The notes beneath the pieces are model-generated. The model searched no databases, had not been told where the DNA came from, and saw only the letters and a program-made list of their open reading frames with translations. Position numbers and translations under genes: made by a program. From a virus, in IMG/VR virus record IMGVR_UViG_3300048855_000013, positions 1 to 64,000 of that record: a DNA stretch of 64,000 bases, one strand, 5' to 3'. Below, in pieces: positions 1 to 8,956 of the stretch. Position 1 is the stretch's first letter; each line of letters opens with the position of its first letter.

Positions 1-466
1 TCCCCGCAGGGGTTCCAGACAGGGCGCAGCGGTACGTGCTGCCAATCTCACGGAGGAGGATGGCCTGCCACGACTTTCCGTAGTTAGCCTGGCGGTGTGT
101 CTCGTCCGCGATCACCACGTCTGCGTACTGACCAGTGATGGCACCCGTCCGCATCATTTCCCAGGTGATCAGGTACCAACCAGGCATCTGCTTCTTGAGT
201 GCGCCGAACGACAGGGTGTTGACCTTCTTGTCGTTGGCAAGCTCGAACACGTTGGTGTCAGGCAGCTGCTCCTTGATGGTGGAAGTCCACGAGCGCTTGG
301 TGTTGCGGGGAAGCACAACGACAACGGTCTTCACGTTGTCCTTGCGCTTCACCCACTCAATCGCTGCGAGGGTCTTGCCCAGTCCAACTTCCCAGGCGAA
401 GAACACAGCGTCATGCTCAGCAAGACGCGCGACTTCAACCTCTTGGTAGTCGTACAGGGTTTTCAA
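1..466 (-). CDS. SNF2/DEAD-like helicase, N-terminal part (3' end lies outside the window)
   Basis: Minus-strand translation from a TTG at about 466 preceded by AGGAGG. Contains LYDYQ, a GLGKT Walker A, DETH (DExH box) and SGTP motif III. Not in the ORF track because it runs off the edge. Confidence 0.55.
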   Translation of the reverse strand, partial: MKTLYDYQEVEVARLAEHDAVFFAWEVGLGKTLAAIEWVKRKDNVKTVVVVLPRNTKRSWTSTIKEQLPDTNVFELANDKKVNTLSFGALKKQMPGWYLITWEMMRTGAITGQYADVVIADETHRQANYGKSWQAILLREIGSTYRCALSGTPAG

Positions 467-474
467 TTTACCTC

Positions 475-1209
475 CTAGTAGATGCCGTAGTTCCAGTAGC
501 CTTGGTGAACCTCGATGAGGAACTCATTGATCTTATCATAGTCGGGAAGGTCAGGTGCATGGGTGCCATCCAACTCACTTAGCAGCAGACTCTCAGTTTC
601 AGAGAGGAGTCGCATCACATCATCGTAGCTGTAGGCACCGGCCCGAATGTTCTTGGCGATGTCGAGTGACCGACCAACCAGGGGGATACCTACATCCCCA
701 TTAGCCATGTACCTACGACCCTGCACACCGAGGCGATACGCATGGTAGGCGAACTTGATGTCGTAGCCGTGCTCTGCCTCTAGGTCGGGTCGCTTCTGCC
801 CTCGCTTGCCCTGTAGAGCGGCGATCTGGCTGTGCAGGTACCCGAGGTAGGCTCGGCCTGCTTTCTTGCTCCAGAAGATGTCTCGTGACAGGATGAGAGC
901 CTCTCCTATCTCAGATGTCACCTCGTACGTAGGAAGGTGCAGAAGAGAGCCAACGGTAGGGTTACCAGCAGCAGCGAGAGAGGCAAACTTACGCAGGGAG
1001 TGGTACGTAGTGTCGGACTCTCCTGCCTTGGACTTCTCGCCTTGGGCTGCGTCACTGACGCGCTTGGTTTCGTACTTGCCAAGACCAATCACTTCCTCTT
1101 CTGTCTCTAGAACGATCCCCATGTAGTCATGGTCACTGCTCTCGGTGGCAGTGCCCTGTGCGGTGGACCCATACTCACCGAGCAGGATCAGTAGATTATC
1201 TTGCATCAT
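475..1209 (-). CDS. Pol-beta superfamily nucleotidyltransferase (minimal NTase fold plus C-terminal domain)
   Basis: GS-x9-DHD motif (GSTAQGTATESSDHDYMGIV). Strong RBS AGGAGGTGACC upstream. ATGA overlap with the next gene. Confidence 0.5.
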   Translation of the reverse strand: MMQDNLLILLGEYGSTAQGTATESSDHDYMGIVLETEEEVIGLGKYETKRVSDAAQGEKSKAGESDTTYHSLRKFASLAAAGNPTVGSLLHLPTYEVTSEIGEALILSRDIFWSKKAGRAYLGYLHSQIAALQGKRGQKRPDLEAEHGYDIKFAYHAYRLGVQGRRYMANGDVGIPLVGRSLDIAKNIRAGAYSYDDVMRLLSETESLLLSELDGTHAPDLPDYDKINEFLIEVHQGYWNYGIY

Positions 1210-2273
1210 CGGTCACCTCCTTTGGGCTCCACCATAGCCCACACCTTTTCCCTGACATCCTTGCCCTGGCGCAGTGAGAACATGAATCCTCGAAGCTCAA
1301 GAGGAATGTGGCGCTGCACAGCCAGGGCGAACGTCTTCTGGTCAGGGTCAGGGTGACCCGCGTTGTCCAGCTGACGACGAAGGAACACCCACTCCTTATC
1401 GATGCGCGAAAGGTGGTTGAACACCTCCTCGTGCAGTTCATCGTAGACTTCCTCGGCCCACTTGTACAGTTCGTCGGGCAGTTGCGCAAGCATTGCCTCG
1501 TACTTGCCATCCTTGATGGCACGCCAAATGCTCTTGCGGTTCAGCCCTGTGACCACACGGTGTAGCTCCACATAGTCAGCCTGCTTGATCTTCACACCCT
1601 TGAACTCACTCGTCCACACTACCCAGCCCTCCGAGTTGGGACGGCTGAGGTTCTGAACGATGTCCTCGAACCCGATGCCATTCTGGTTGGAGAACGCAGG
1701 CACAGGAAGGTAGGCACCCGATGCCACATGGATGTATCCGAGTGGCTGGAGGAACTCTTGGTCATCATAGTTCAGGACGATGCGGTTCTCCGGGTAGATG
1801 ATTTCGAACAGCGGAGTGTAGCCACTGTCGATCCACTCGTCTGCCATGTACGCCTTGCCCGAGGCATGGAGAATCGATGTGCCCTTGACGGCTTGCTCTG
1901 AGTTGAAGCTGCCTCGCGTAGCGATGGCAGGCGTTCCGTTCGGGGTGCGGTACAAGATACCGAGCGAGCCGTCAAACTTGTTGCCATAGGCATAGAGCGG
2001 TGCCTTCCAGTCGAGGATGGCTGGTGCCTCTGCCTCATCCCAGTTGTGCATCTTGGCGAACGGACGTGCGAGCACATCCATTGTCTCCATGTTCACAATG
2101 AGTCCACGGCACAGACGGGTCGCAGCGTTCCACCGACGAGAGAACTGTGCCTCCGGGGTGTAGTTGTAGATCACATAGTGATCGTACAGCGGGTGGTGTC
2201 GGGCAGAGATGAACCCTGCCTCCACCTCAGCTGCCAGCAGATCAACGTCCACAATTTCATTCAGTTTAGTCAC
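1206..2273 (-). CDS. ATP-dependent RNA ligase, T4 Rnl1-like
   Basis: Motif I KFDGSLGILY and a downstream TRGSFNSEQA resemble T4 RnlA KEDGSLVSTY...KSKGSIKSEQA. GTG start with GGAGGTG RBS. Confidence 0.6.
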   Translation of the reverse strand: MTKLNEIVDVDLLAAEVEAGFISARHHPLYDHYVIYNYTPEAQFSRRWNAATRLCRGLIVNMETMDVLARPFAKMHNWDEAEAPAILDWKAPLYAYGNKFDGSLGILYRTPNGTPAIATRGSFNSEQAVKGTSILHASGKAYMADEWIDSGYTPLFEIIYPENRIVLNYDDQEFLQPLGYIHVASGAYLPVPAFSNQNGIGFEDIVQNLSRPNSEGWVVWTSEFKGVKIKQADYVELHRVVTGLNRKSIWRAIKDGKYEAMLAQLPDELYKWAEEVYDELHEEVFNHLSRIDKEWVFLRRQLDNAGHPDPDQKTFALAVQRHIPLELRGFMFSLRQGKDVREKVWAMVEPKGGDR

Positions 2274-2590
2274 AGGTAAATCACCTCCGGTCCTTTAGCT
2301 TTGTTTTCTTTGATCCGCGCGTTCCGCTCATCAATTTCTGCCCATCGGTTTTCGCTGTTCTCCTTGACATAAGCAGCACTCTGCATGATGTAACTCTTTG
2401 AGCCAGCGTATCGAAGTTCTCGCAACAGTCGTGGATGACTGATGATTCCAATGAACTCATCAGGATCATCGGAAGATGGAGTAATGGTGAGCTTCCACTC
2501 ACTCCAGTCAGGATTCTCACTGGCGTCCACTACAACGGGCGGCTCCGGTGTGCCTGGTGCTGGGTGAAACAGTGCGCTTAGAAACTTCAT
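2270..2590 (-). CDS. hypothetical protein
   Basis: ORF with internal ATG at 2590 preceded by GGAGGATTG. Overlaps the stop of the CCA-enzyme gene. Confidence 0.4.
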   Translation of the reverse strand: MKFLSALFHPAPGTPEPPVVVDASENPDWSEWKLTITPSSDDPDEFIGIISHPRLLRELRYAGSKSYIMQSAAYVKENSENRWAEIDERNARIKENKAKGPEVIYL

Positions 2591-3279
2591 CAATCCTCCA
2601 TCGTGGGCTTGAGCCACATGCCACTGCCTTTGAAGGCATAGTCACGTAACTCAGGGTAGTAGTTGTCGAGTAAATGGGCAGTGTAGGTAGTGTCATGCTT
2701 GAAGCACTTGTACAACTCCTCACGTACCCTTTCTATACTGACATTGGGCAGGTTGTCAAGCACACTCAGAGTTCTCAAAGCTCGATGTAGCTCAGAGGTG
2801 AAGGCAAACTCTTTCGTCACACGGAATCGGATAGCTCGGTACATACGTAGAGCATCCTCAGTGAACACCTCTTTGGGGTCACGCACAGTGCGCAGAACCA
2901 GAGCGTAGAGGTCACGCCGCCCGCCGAACGGATCAATGATTCTGCCGATCTCATCCTCGGCCATCGCGTTGACGGTGAAGTCTCGTCGTAGCAAGTCATC
3001 CATGAGGGTGCCTGGCTCTGTGCTGTCAGGACGACGACCGTCAGAGTAGTAGCCATCCTTGCGTGCGAGAACAAAGTCCCCAGCCTCGCCCGAAGAAAGC
3101 CGAGCGCGGATGGTTCCGTACTCTGGCTTTTCCAGAAAAATTTGGCTGATTTTTCCGCGCGTGAGCCAGTCTTTCATCTCGTCGTAGCTGTCGGCAATGA
3201 CCACATAGTCGAGGTCTTTGGGGCGCAGCCCGAGCAGCTTGTCTCGGACTGCACCCCCTACGAGAAACATCTCAGGCAT
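2590..3279 (-). CDS. cca: tRNA nucleotidyltransferase (class II CCA-adding enzyme, head domain)
   Basis: FLVGGAVRD...DLDYVV...RRDFTVNA signature of class II CCA/poly(A) polymerase head domain. RBS AGGAGGAAAAG. Confidence 0.7.
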   Translation of the reverse strand: MPEMFLVGGAVRDKLLGLRPKDLDYVVIADSYDEMKDWLTRGKISQIFLEKPEYGTIRARLSSGEAGDFVLARKDGYYSDGRRPDSTEPGTLMDDLLRRDFTVNAMAEDEIGRIIDPFGGRRDLYALVLRTVRDPKEVFTEDALRMYRAIRFRVTKEFAFTSELHRALRTLSVLDNLPNVSIERVREELYKCFKHDTTYTAHLLDNYYPELRDYAFKGSGMWLKPTMED

Positions 3280-3457
3280 TCTTTTCCTCCTGCATCATAT
3301 TGATAGCTTCTCTGAGTGCGATGTACCGGTCAATCTCCCTGTCACCTATGTGCATAGGACCAAGAAACCGTAACACGCTCTGTGTTTCAGCCAATGTGAA
3401 TCCCTGGGCAGCGCATATCATCGCTGCTATATCCAAGAATGTTACGAAGATGGGCAT
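3272..3457 (-). CDS. hypothetical small protein
   Basis: 61-aa ORF in operon context with weak RBS. Confidence 0.35.
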   Translation of the reverse strand: MPIFVTFLDIAAMICAAQGFTLAETQSVLRFLGPMHIGDREIDRYIALREAINMMQEEKNA

Positions 3458-4356
3458 TAGAAGTCACCGTAGGCGACCTGAAAGGCTGAGATGCCCTTGG
3501 CTCGCCACATATCGATCACTCGGTTGCGGTCATCGAGAACGAAGTCCACATACCAGTTGTCCTTGATGTGGTTCTCGAAAATCTCATCCTTCACGATGGC
3601 ATCGTTGCGAGTATCCTTAGGAGTACGCATGAAGATGCGGTCAAAGATCACCTCGTGCTTCTTGAGCCACTGCTTGAGCACCTCACGGTAGGCTCCGTCG
3701 CGGCCCGACACAATGATGATCTGCACACCCAGGAAGGCCATCTTGTTCACCAGATCACGGACAACCCAGTCAATGCTGTCATCGATGTACTTACTGGTGT
3801 CGTAGGGACCACGATTGGTCATGTGAGCCAGGGTACCATCGATGTCTACGATAATAGCGTGTGGCAGACCAATGGTGGGCTTGTACGGCTTGAAGAGGTC
3901 GCCCTCCAGAAGTTCAGGCACAGGGGGGAAGGTTCCGTTCTTGCCGAGCTTCTTGTTGTAGAAGTCCTCGACCACCTGTGCACCCACCTGTGGAGTGCGG
4001 ATGGCATCACGACGCAGCGCCTCAGGGAGAGGTATGGGGAAGTCCTTGAACTCCACCTCTGCGCCCTCGTAGAACGCGATCACGAGAAGCTCACGGACGG
4101 ACTTGGCGTTCAGGTTGGTGTTGTCCACCACCACGTCGTAGCCCTTGCCCAGGAACTTCTTGATCTGCTCGTTCTGTAGCTCGGTGACGAGCTTCTCGGG
4201 GACACCATATCCCTTGCCGAAGTGACCCCATCGAATATTGTCACGGTTGACACGAGCGCGGTGCTGCCCCTCAGGGGCGTCGAGCACCCACCGGGTTGCC
4301 CAGGTGCTCTTTCCAGAGGCAGGAATGCCTCGGGTGATGATTAGCTTGCGAGCCAT
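3457..4356 (-). CDS. pnk: polynucleotide kinase / 3'-phosphatase (T4 Pnk-like, bifunctional)
   Basis: N-terminal P-loop GIPASGKST and C-terminal HAD phosphatase motif IVDIDGTL. Start reassigned to the ATG at 4356 with a GGAGGAACT RBS. Confidence 0.7.
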   Translation of the reverse strand: MARKLIITRGIPASGKSTWATRWVLDAPEGQHRARVNRDNIRWGHFGKGYGVPEKLVTELQNEQIKKFLGKGYDVVVDNTNLNAKSVRELLVIAFYEGAEVEFKDFPIPLPEALRRDAIRTPQVGAQVVEDFYNKKLGKNGTFPPVPELLEGDLFKPYKPTIGLPHAIIVDIDGTLAHMTNRGPYDTSKYIDDSIDWVVRDLVNKMAFLGVQIIIVSGRDGAYREVLKQWLKKHEVIFDRIFMRTPKDTRNDAIVKDEIFENHIKDNWYVDFVLDDRNRVIDMWRAKGISAFQVAYGDF

Positions 4357-4463
4357 AGTTCCTCCGCTTCGTCGTCTAGTGTAAATTCTGTTACGTTCCA
4401 CCACTCTTCATCTCCAGCGATGAGAGCCATGAGTCTTGCTTCTGCCCCGTACACGATGTACAT
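4341..4463 (-). CDS. hypothetical small protein (40 aa)
   Basis: ATG with strong AGGAGGTATC RBS. Overlaps the pnk start. Below the ORF-track size cutoff. Confidence 0.3.
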   Translation of the reverse strand: MYIVYGAEARLMALIAGDEEWWNVTEFTLDDEAEELWLAS

Positions 4464-4471
4464 GATACCTC

Positions 4472-4807
4472 CTAGTCTTTCAGCCATCCATCTCGGAGTG
4501 GCTGACCAGGCTTACGACTGCAACAGCCGTCGCAGCCGTGGATGTTCTGGTAGTTCTGCCCTACGCTATTCAAGAAGCGAGCAGAATCAGGGTCTGGGTG
4601 GCCCACACCGTGCTCACAGATACGCTCCATGATCCCTCGGTCTGTGCGCCAGTTGTGAGGCCAGTGCTCGACGTTCTCAATGGCTTCACGATCCGGGTTA
4701 TGGATCACGCAGCCATCAGCGCAGCCTGCGTTGATAGTGTGTGTCTTGAGAACGTACGCACCATCGAGCGACCGCAAATCGCCGTTTTTGTCTCTTTCGA
4801 GAAGCAT
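4472..4807 (-). CDS. Cys/His-rich hypothetical protein (putative metal-binding)
   Basis: Start reassigned to the ATG at 4807 (GGAGGTTCC RBS). CxxGC...H...HWPHNW...CEHGVGHPDPD...HGCDGCC. Confidence 0.4.
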   Translation of the reverse strand: MLLERDKNGDLRSLDGAYVLKTHTINAGCADGCVIHNPDREAIENVEHWPHNWRTDRGIMERICEHGVGHPDPDSARFLNSVGQNYQNIHGCDGCCSRKPGQPLRDGWLKD

Positions 4808-4899
4808 GGAACCTCCAAAAAATTTTTTCCATTTTCCGCGCATGGGCCTGCGCTAGTAAGACACTAACACAGGCCCACGCCGATTTTCGTTGTATTCAG

Positions 4900-6411
4900 T
4901 TATTTCCCAGCTAGAACGGCACGAATGTCGTCAAGCGACTGCCATCTGAGGAATTCACCATCTCGGTAGACATCCTTCATCAGGTCATCGTGATCGCTGA
5001 TCCACTCGTCGTACGATAGGTCATCTACAAGCACCAGATCGCCGGTAGGGCTGCTGCGCACAACGAGCCGTCCACGAGCGCTCTTCTTGGTTCCGCTGTC
5101 CGTGATGGGATTCTTGCTGATCGCCTTCTCTTCACCGTTGATCCGAACCCACGTCGCCTTGATGGCCGACGAGAAAGTGTCGCGGGTCTGGTACTGGTAG
5201 GTGTAGCTGCCGACACCGAACACGATATTGGTGGAGGCAAATCCCTTGGCTGCCAGTCGTCGGATGATTTCACGAGCGCGGTCGAAGGTGATCGAGTCAC
5301 CGTAGATCGCACCGATGTGAGGATCGAGCACCTTGTAGCCCTGTGCGTTGACCGTGCCGCCGAAGACATCCCACAGAAGCTCGATGACGCCCTTCTGCGC
5401 AGGAGTACGAGCCGACTCTACAGGATACCCGGCCTCATACACCGTGGGATTCTCACCTGTAATGATGAGCACCGGATCACCCGAGTCAGGGCGCACGACG
5501 AGCTTGCCGTCACGAGCCATGATTTCGTCCTTGAGGTCCGGGAGAATGTTCGTCAGAACGTTCCACAAATCCCAGGTGTCGGACACAACGGACACGATGC
5601 CAGCCGGGTAGAGCTTGAGCAGTCGGGCGAACGTTTCACGCTCATCCTCTTCACCGCCAGCGCACATCACCGAGTGCTCGGTGGCGGGCACAGAGCCAAG
5701 AAGCCAGCCCTCGTAGGGCTGCTCGTAGGCTGCTCCGTAGTGCTGGTCCACCCACTCCAGCGACACCAGGGAATCTGAACCCTGGAAGCTGAGAAGGTGA
5801 CCGGCACCAGAAGCCGCAGCTGCGGTGTTTCCGGCCATTCCACGGTACGAGAAGTCATGACCCTGGAACTGGACTCCTGCGAGGCCATCCTGGTCCGTAT
5901 CCTCGGCACCAGCGACCAGCAAAGTCTTGAAATGATCCGCTAGCGTAGCCGAAGTGCTCGGCTGCCAGACAGAGGCGCTGATCCACGTTTCGAGGTAATT
6001 CACCAGCCAGTAGAAGTCCGGGTGAGTGTTGCGAATCGTGAACGACGGCACCTTGATCGGCACTCGTGTGCCCTCAGGGAGGGAACCGAACGCCAGCGGC
6101 AGGTAGCCTAGTTTGTGCAGCGCACGGATGTGGTCTGAGCCGACCGTGTTCGGGCCGAGAATGGAGTTAACCCTGTTCTCGTATTCGAGAACGATGTCCT
6201 CGATGTCGCCTTCGAAGAAGTCATCGAACTGGTTGGTCAGATCGACCAGGAAGCCCTGGAGTCCGAAGTGAACAACGTGCTCGATACCCTCGATGCGCGA
6301 GCCTCGGTTCGTGTAGTTCGAGAACACCTGCTCGGTACCCTCAGGGTACTGACGACGATGGTCGAGCTTGTAGGCATCGGTCTGGAGAAGTGGTGCTACT
6401 GCCTTACTCAT
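4900..6411 (-). CDS. nicotinamide phosphoribosyltransferase-like enzyme (Nampt/NadV family; candidate Namat)
   Basis: 503 aa. N-terminus LLQTDAYKLDHRRQYPEGTE and C-terminal GTKKSARGRL are typical of Nampt. RBS GAAGGAGG. Confidence 0.7.
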   Translation of the reverse strand: MSKAVAPLLQTDAYKLDHRRQYPEGTEQVFSNYTNRGSRIEGIEHVVHFGLQGFLVDLTNQFDDFFEGDIEDIVLEYENRVNSILGPNTVGSDHIRALHKLGYLPLAFGSLPEGTRVPIKVPSFTIRNTHPDFYWLVNYLETWISASVWQPSTSATLADHFKTLLVAGAEDTDQDGLAGVQFQGHDFSYRGMAGNTAAAASGAGHLLSFQGSDSLVSLEWVDQHYGAAYEQPYEGWLLGSVPATEHSVMCAGGEEDERETFARLLKLYPAGIVSVVSDTWDLWNVLTNILPDLKDEIMARDGKLVVRPDSGDPVLIITGENPTVYEAGYPVESARTPAQKGVIELLWDVFGGTVNAQGYKVLDPHIGAIYGDSITFDRAREIIRRLAAKGFASTNIVFGVGSYTYQYQTRDTFSSAIKATWVRINGEEKAISKNPITDSGTKKSARGRLVVRSSPTGDLVLVDDLSYDEWISDHDDLMKDVYRDGEFLRWQSLDDIRAVLAGK

Positions 6412-6599
6412 CAGACCTCCTTCGTGTTGTACATGAAGCCTTCGAAGTCTGTATTGTATTCGATGGTGCCAATACCGGCTCCATCCTCGTCCTCCAAGAC
6501 GACCTTGCCGATGAACACCTCATCGACCTCGTTGAGCTTGGCGAATTCTTCCACCAACGTGCCGATACGGACCAGCTGATCGCTGCGAAGTAGTGTCAT
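6411..6599 (-). CDS. hypothetical small protein encoded between the Nampt-like and Prs-like genes
   Basis: 62-aa acidic ORF with strong AAGGAGGCAAA RBS. ATGA-type coupling on both sides. Confidence 0.4.
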   Translation of the reverse strand: MTLLRSDQLVRIGTLVEEFAKLNEVDEVFIGKVVLEDEDGAGIGTIEYNTDFEGFMYNTKEV

Positions 6600-7540
6600 T
6601 TTGCCTCCTTGATAGAAAGCTCCTCGTAAAAGTACGGGAGCAGTTTGGTGACCTTTGCACCCACAGCCTCATTGTAGGCTCCGGGATGCGAATCGGTCGT
6701 AAAGATGTTGCCGTATGCCTCAGTCAGCTGTCCAGCGTTACCCGAGAAGATACCATGTGTGACCCAGAGGTCGAGGTTCTCACGGGGAATTCCCAGCACA
6801 CCAGCAAGGCCCATAAAGGTACCTCCACCATCACAGATGTCATCCACCACTAGATAGCGACCTTCGGTAGGCGGATACTCCACCTCGACAACATCTCCGT
6901 TTCCAGCGTATTCCTGATGCGTCCACTGCGCGGGAGCAGTGAACTTGAGCAGCTTGCCACTGTCGAAGTCACGCTCTTTACCAGCGAAGTATGTGGGTAC
7001 TCCGAGCTTGTCTCCGACACGCTGTGCGCGCCTGTGAGCGCCTTTGTCAGGTGCGATGACCCCAGCATACCGGGAACCCGGTTCTGAGCCGCCCACGGCC
7101 CGCACAGTGACCCTCTCGACCGGGATGGGGTACCCCACTAGCGGAGAGATGTTCAGATAGCTGCCCCGGTCCCCTCTGTAAAGGTCGTCGGACACATCAC
7201 TGTGCGGATCGATGTACACAATGCTGTGCGCTGCGATGTTCTCGACCATGTTGCGGTAGATTTGAACTCCTGCTGGCTCTCCTCGGTCTGCACGTGCTGC
7301 TGGGAGGTAAGGCAAGAACAGGTGACGGCGAGCGTGGGTTGTAGCCATAAGCAAGTCAGCCCACATCGCTGCGACCATCAGGTCATCCGTGCTGGCACCA
7401 CGAACCACAGCGAAGTATTCGATGTATTCGATAATGTCTTCCTTGGTGATGTGCCACTCACCGCCTGGAAACTGGAACGGCTTGAAATTGGTACGGACCA
7501 GATGCCCGCTCGGGGCTCTGCCCCAGAATTCGATGCTCAT
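6596..7540 (-). CDS. ribose-phosphate pyrophosphokinase (PRPP synthetase)-like enzyme (candidate Adps)
   Basis: PRPP-binding loop YLVVDDICDGGGT plus a THGIFSGNA segment match Prs. Start set at the ATG at 7540, which overlaps the upstream stop. Confidence 0.6.
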   Translation of the reverse strand: MSIEFWGRAPSGHLVRTNFKPFQFPGGEWHITKEDIIEYIEYFAVVRGASTDDLMVAAMWADLLMATTHARRHLFLPYLPAARADRGEPAGVQIYRNMVENIAAHSIVYIDPHSDVSDDLYRGDRGSYLNISPLVGYPIPVERVTVRAVGGSEPGSRYAGVIAPDKGAHRRAQRVGDKLGVPTYFAGKERDFDSGKLLKFTAPAQWTHQEYAGNGDVVEVEYPPTEGRYLVVDDICDGGGTFMGLAGVLGIPRENLDLWVTHGIFSGNAGQLTEAYGNIFTTDSHPGAYNEAVGAKVTKLLPYFYEELSIKEAK

Positions 7541-7788
7541 TTCATCCGCCCATCTTTCTTTGCTCGTTCTGCGAATTTTTCCTGGTTGCGCTGCTCTACA
7601 TCCACCTTGCGCCACTTGCTTGTATATCCCGCATCGTAAGCCCATGCGAGCCACAAGTGGTGGGAGTTGTCGTAGCAATCGTAATCCTGATTATCGGTGC
7701 GTCCCTCGAAGAAGGTCACAGCCGCCCCAATCAGATAGACAAGTACCAGCACGAAGATAATGATCGCGATAGCTGCAATACCAGCCAT
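7537..7788 (-). CDS. small membrane protein
   Basis: N-terminal hydrophobic helix AAIAIIIFVLVLVYLIGAAV. Confidence 0.45.
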   Translation of the reverse strand: MAGIAAIAIIIFVLVLVYLIGAAVTFFEGRTDNQDYDCYDNSHHLWLAWAYDAGYTSKWRKVDVEQRNQEKFAERAKKDGRMK

Positions 7789-8462
7789 CAGAAAGCCGCC
7801 TTCTCGAAGAGGTCAACAGTCTTCACCTTGACGATGATGCGCTTACCTCGCTGATCGTACAGCGGAACGACCGGGCGTGCAACCACGCCCTCTGCCATCA
7901 CATCTGCACCCGTGTTAGTGGATGCCAGGCGGGACCAGAGGCCACGAGACACAGCCGCCACGATGTAGTCGAGGCTGACTGCTCCGATGGTAACCGGGCG
8001 CAGCACAGGGATGTTCAGCTTGTCGTAGACATCCTCTACGTTGTCTTGGGAGAGCCACGAACCGTTCACACGGATGTCGTAGCCCACAAACTCCTTGTTG
8101 GGGGAGTAGTGAGCACCCGACTGGATGCCAGCACCATAGCCTTCTCCGACGAAGATGACCTCCTTCTCACCGAACATCTCCTCGACCTCTTCTTCCACGC
8201 CGGGAGCGTTGAAGTAGCTGGCGATCTTCTCGATGAGATGACCATGCAGCTGTGCTCGGTCTGTGCGTCCCTCGATGGCGAAGTTGTGCCCATCCCAGAC
8301 AACACGGATGTTGGTGCCATCGATTTTCTCGGTAGCCGTCCAGATGTCAGAGTCTGCCAGAGCCTGCACAGTGGGGTCCACCCAGAGGGAGCGATCCACC
8401 TTCTTGATGTCCTCGGCAGAGCGCTTGAACGGCCCTGCGATCTTGTGGTATTCGTCAGCCAC
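7788..8462 (-). CDS. RNA ligase, Rnl2-like nucleotidyltransferase domain only
   Basis: Motif I EKIDGTNIRV (compare T4 Rnl2 EKIHGTNFS). 224 aa. RBS AGGAGGAAAAAG. Confidence 0.55.
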   Translation of the reverse strand: MADEYHKIAGPFKRSAEDIKKVDRSLWVDPTVQALADSDIWTATEKIDGTNIRVVWDGHNFAIEGRTDRAQLHGHLIEKIASYFNAPGVEEEVEEMFGEKEVIFVGEGYGAGIQSGAHYSPNKEFVGYDIRVNGSWLSQDNVEDVYDKLNIPVLRPVTIGAVSLDYIVAAVSRGLWSRLASTNTGADVMAEGVVARPVVPLYDQRGKRIIVKVKTVDLFEKAAF

Positions 8463-8814
8463 TTTTTCCTCCTAGTGTCTTGCGCTTCCGCGTCCAATAA
8501 CGCTGAGCGCGTAGCTCATGGTTTTTCTTGGGTGTGACAGGCTGTAGATGCTCTTTCCGAACACACGCCCGATTGTTGCACTTATGGTCGAGGTGGGGGT
8601 TGTCTTCTGGTATTTCCAGTTCAGTGTGTCGTAGATTACCACGCCGACTGATCCAGGACCAGCCGATTCGGTGTGCCTGACGCCACTGACCGCGAAACCA
8701 ATAGCGACCATATCCTCGGTGGCACTTCTTTCCTTGCCACTCGTAACATACCCACTTGCCGTTTTGTACAACATCGACGTACCCCATGAATCGAATATAC
8801 TCACTCTGATTCAC
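8455..8814 (-). CDS. HNH endonuclease
   Basis: CHRGYGRY...HRIGW...HLDHKCNNRACVRKEHL HNH/AP2-like motif. GTG start. Confidence 0.55.
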   Translation of the reverse strand: MNQSEYIRFMGYVDVVQNGKWVCYEWQGKKCHRGYGRYWFRGQWRQAHRIGWSWISRRGNLRHTELEIPEDNPHLDHKCNNRACVRKEHLQPVTPKKNHELRAQRYWTRKRKTLGGKSG

Positions 8815-8956
8815 GCAGCACTTCCCGTTCGAAACCTTGTAGGTAGATAATTTCGTTGGCTGCCTCGTTGAGGAGGTCAGCTACACCGTAACGCAGTCCT
8901 GCGTCATTGAACGCTGCGGCGCGATCACGCAGTCGGTCTACTAGATCGGTCACCAT
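8801..8956 (-). CDS. hypothetical small protein (51 aa)
   Basis: ATG with GAGGTGG RBS. Below the ORF-track cutoff. Confidence 0.3.
   Translation of the reverse strand: MVTDLVDRLRDRAAAFNDAGLRYGVADLLNEAANEIIYLQGFEREVLRESE

Noticed and set aside
95-478. Plus-strand ORFs 95..478 and 135..449
   Set aside because: They are antisense to the minus-strand helicase N-terminus, which has clear motifs and an RBS. They are shadow ORFs.
3568-4179. 203-aa plus-strand ORF inside pnk
   Set aside because: Antisense to a well-supported kinase/phosphatase gene. Leu/Val/His-rich composition typical of GC-rich antisense frames.
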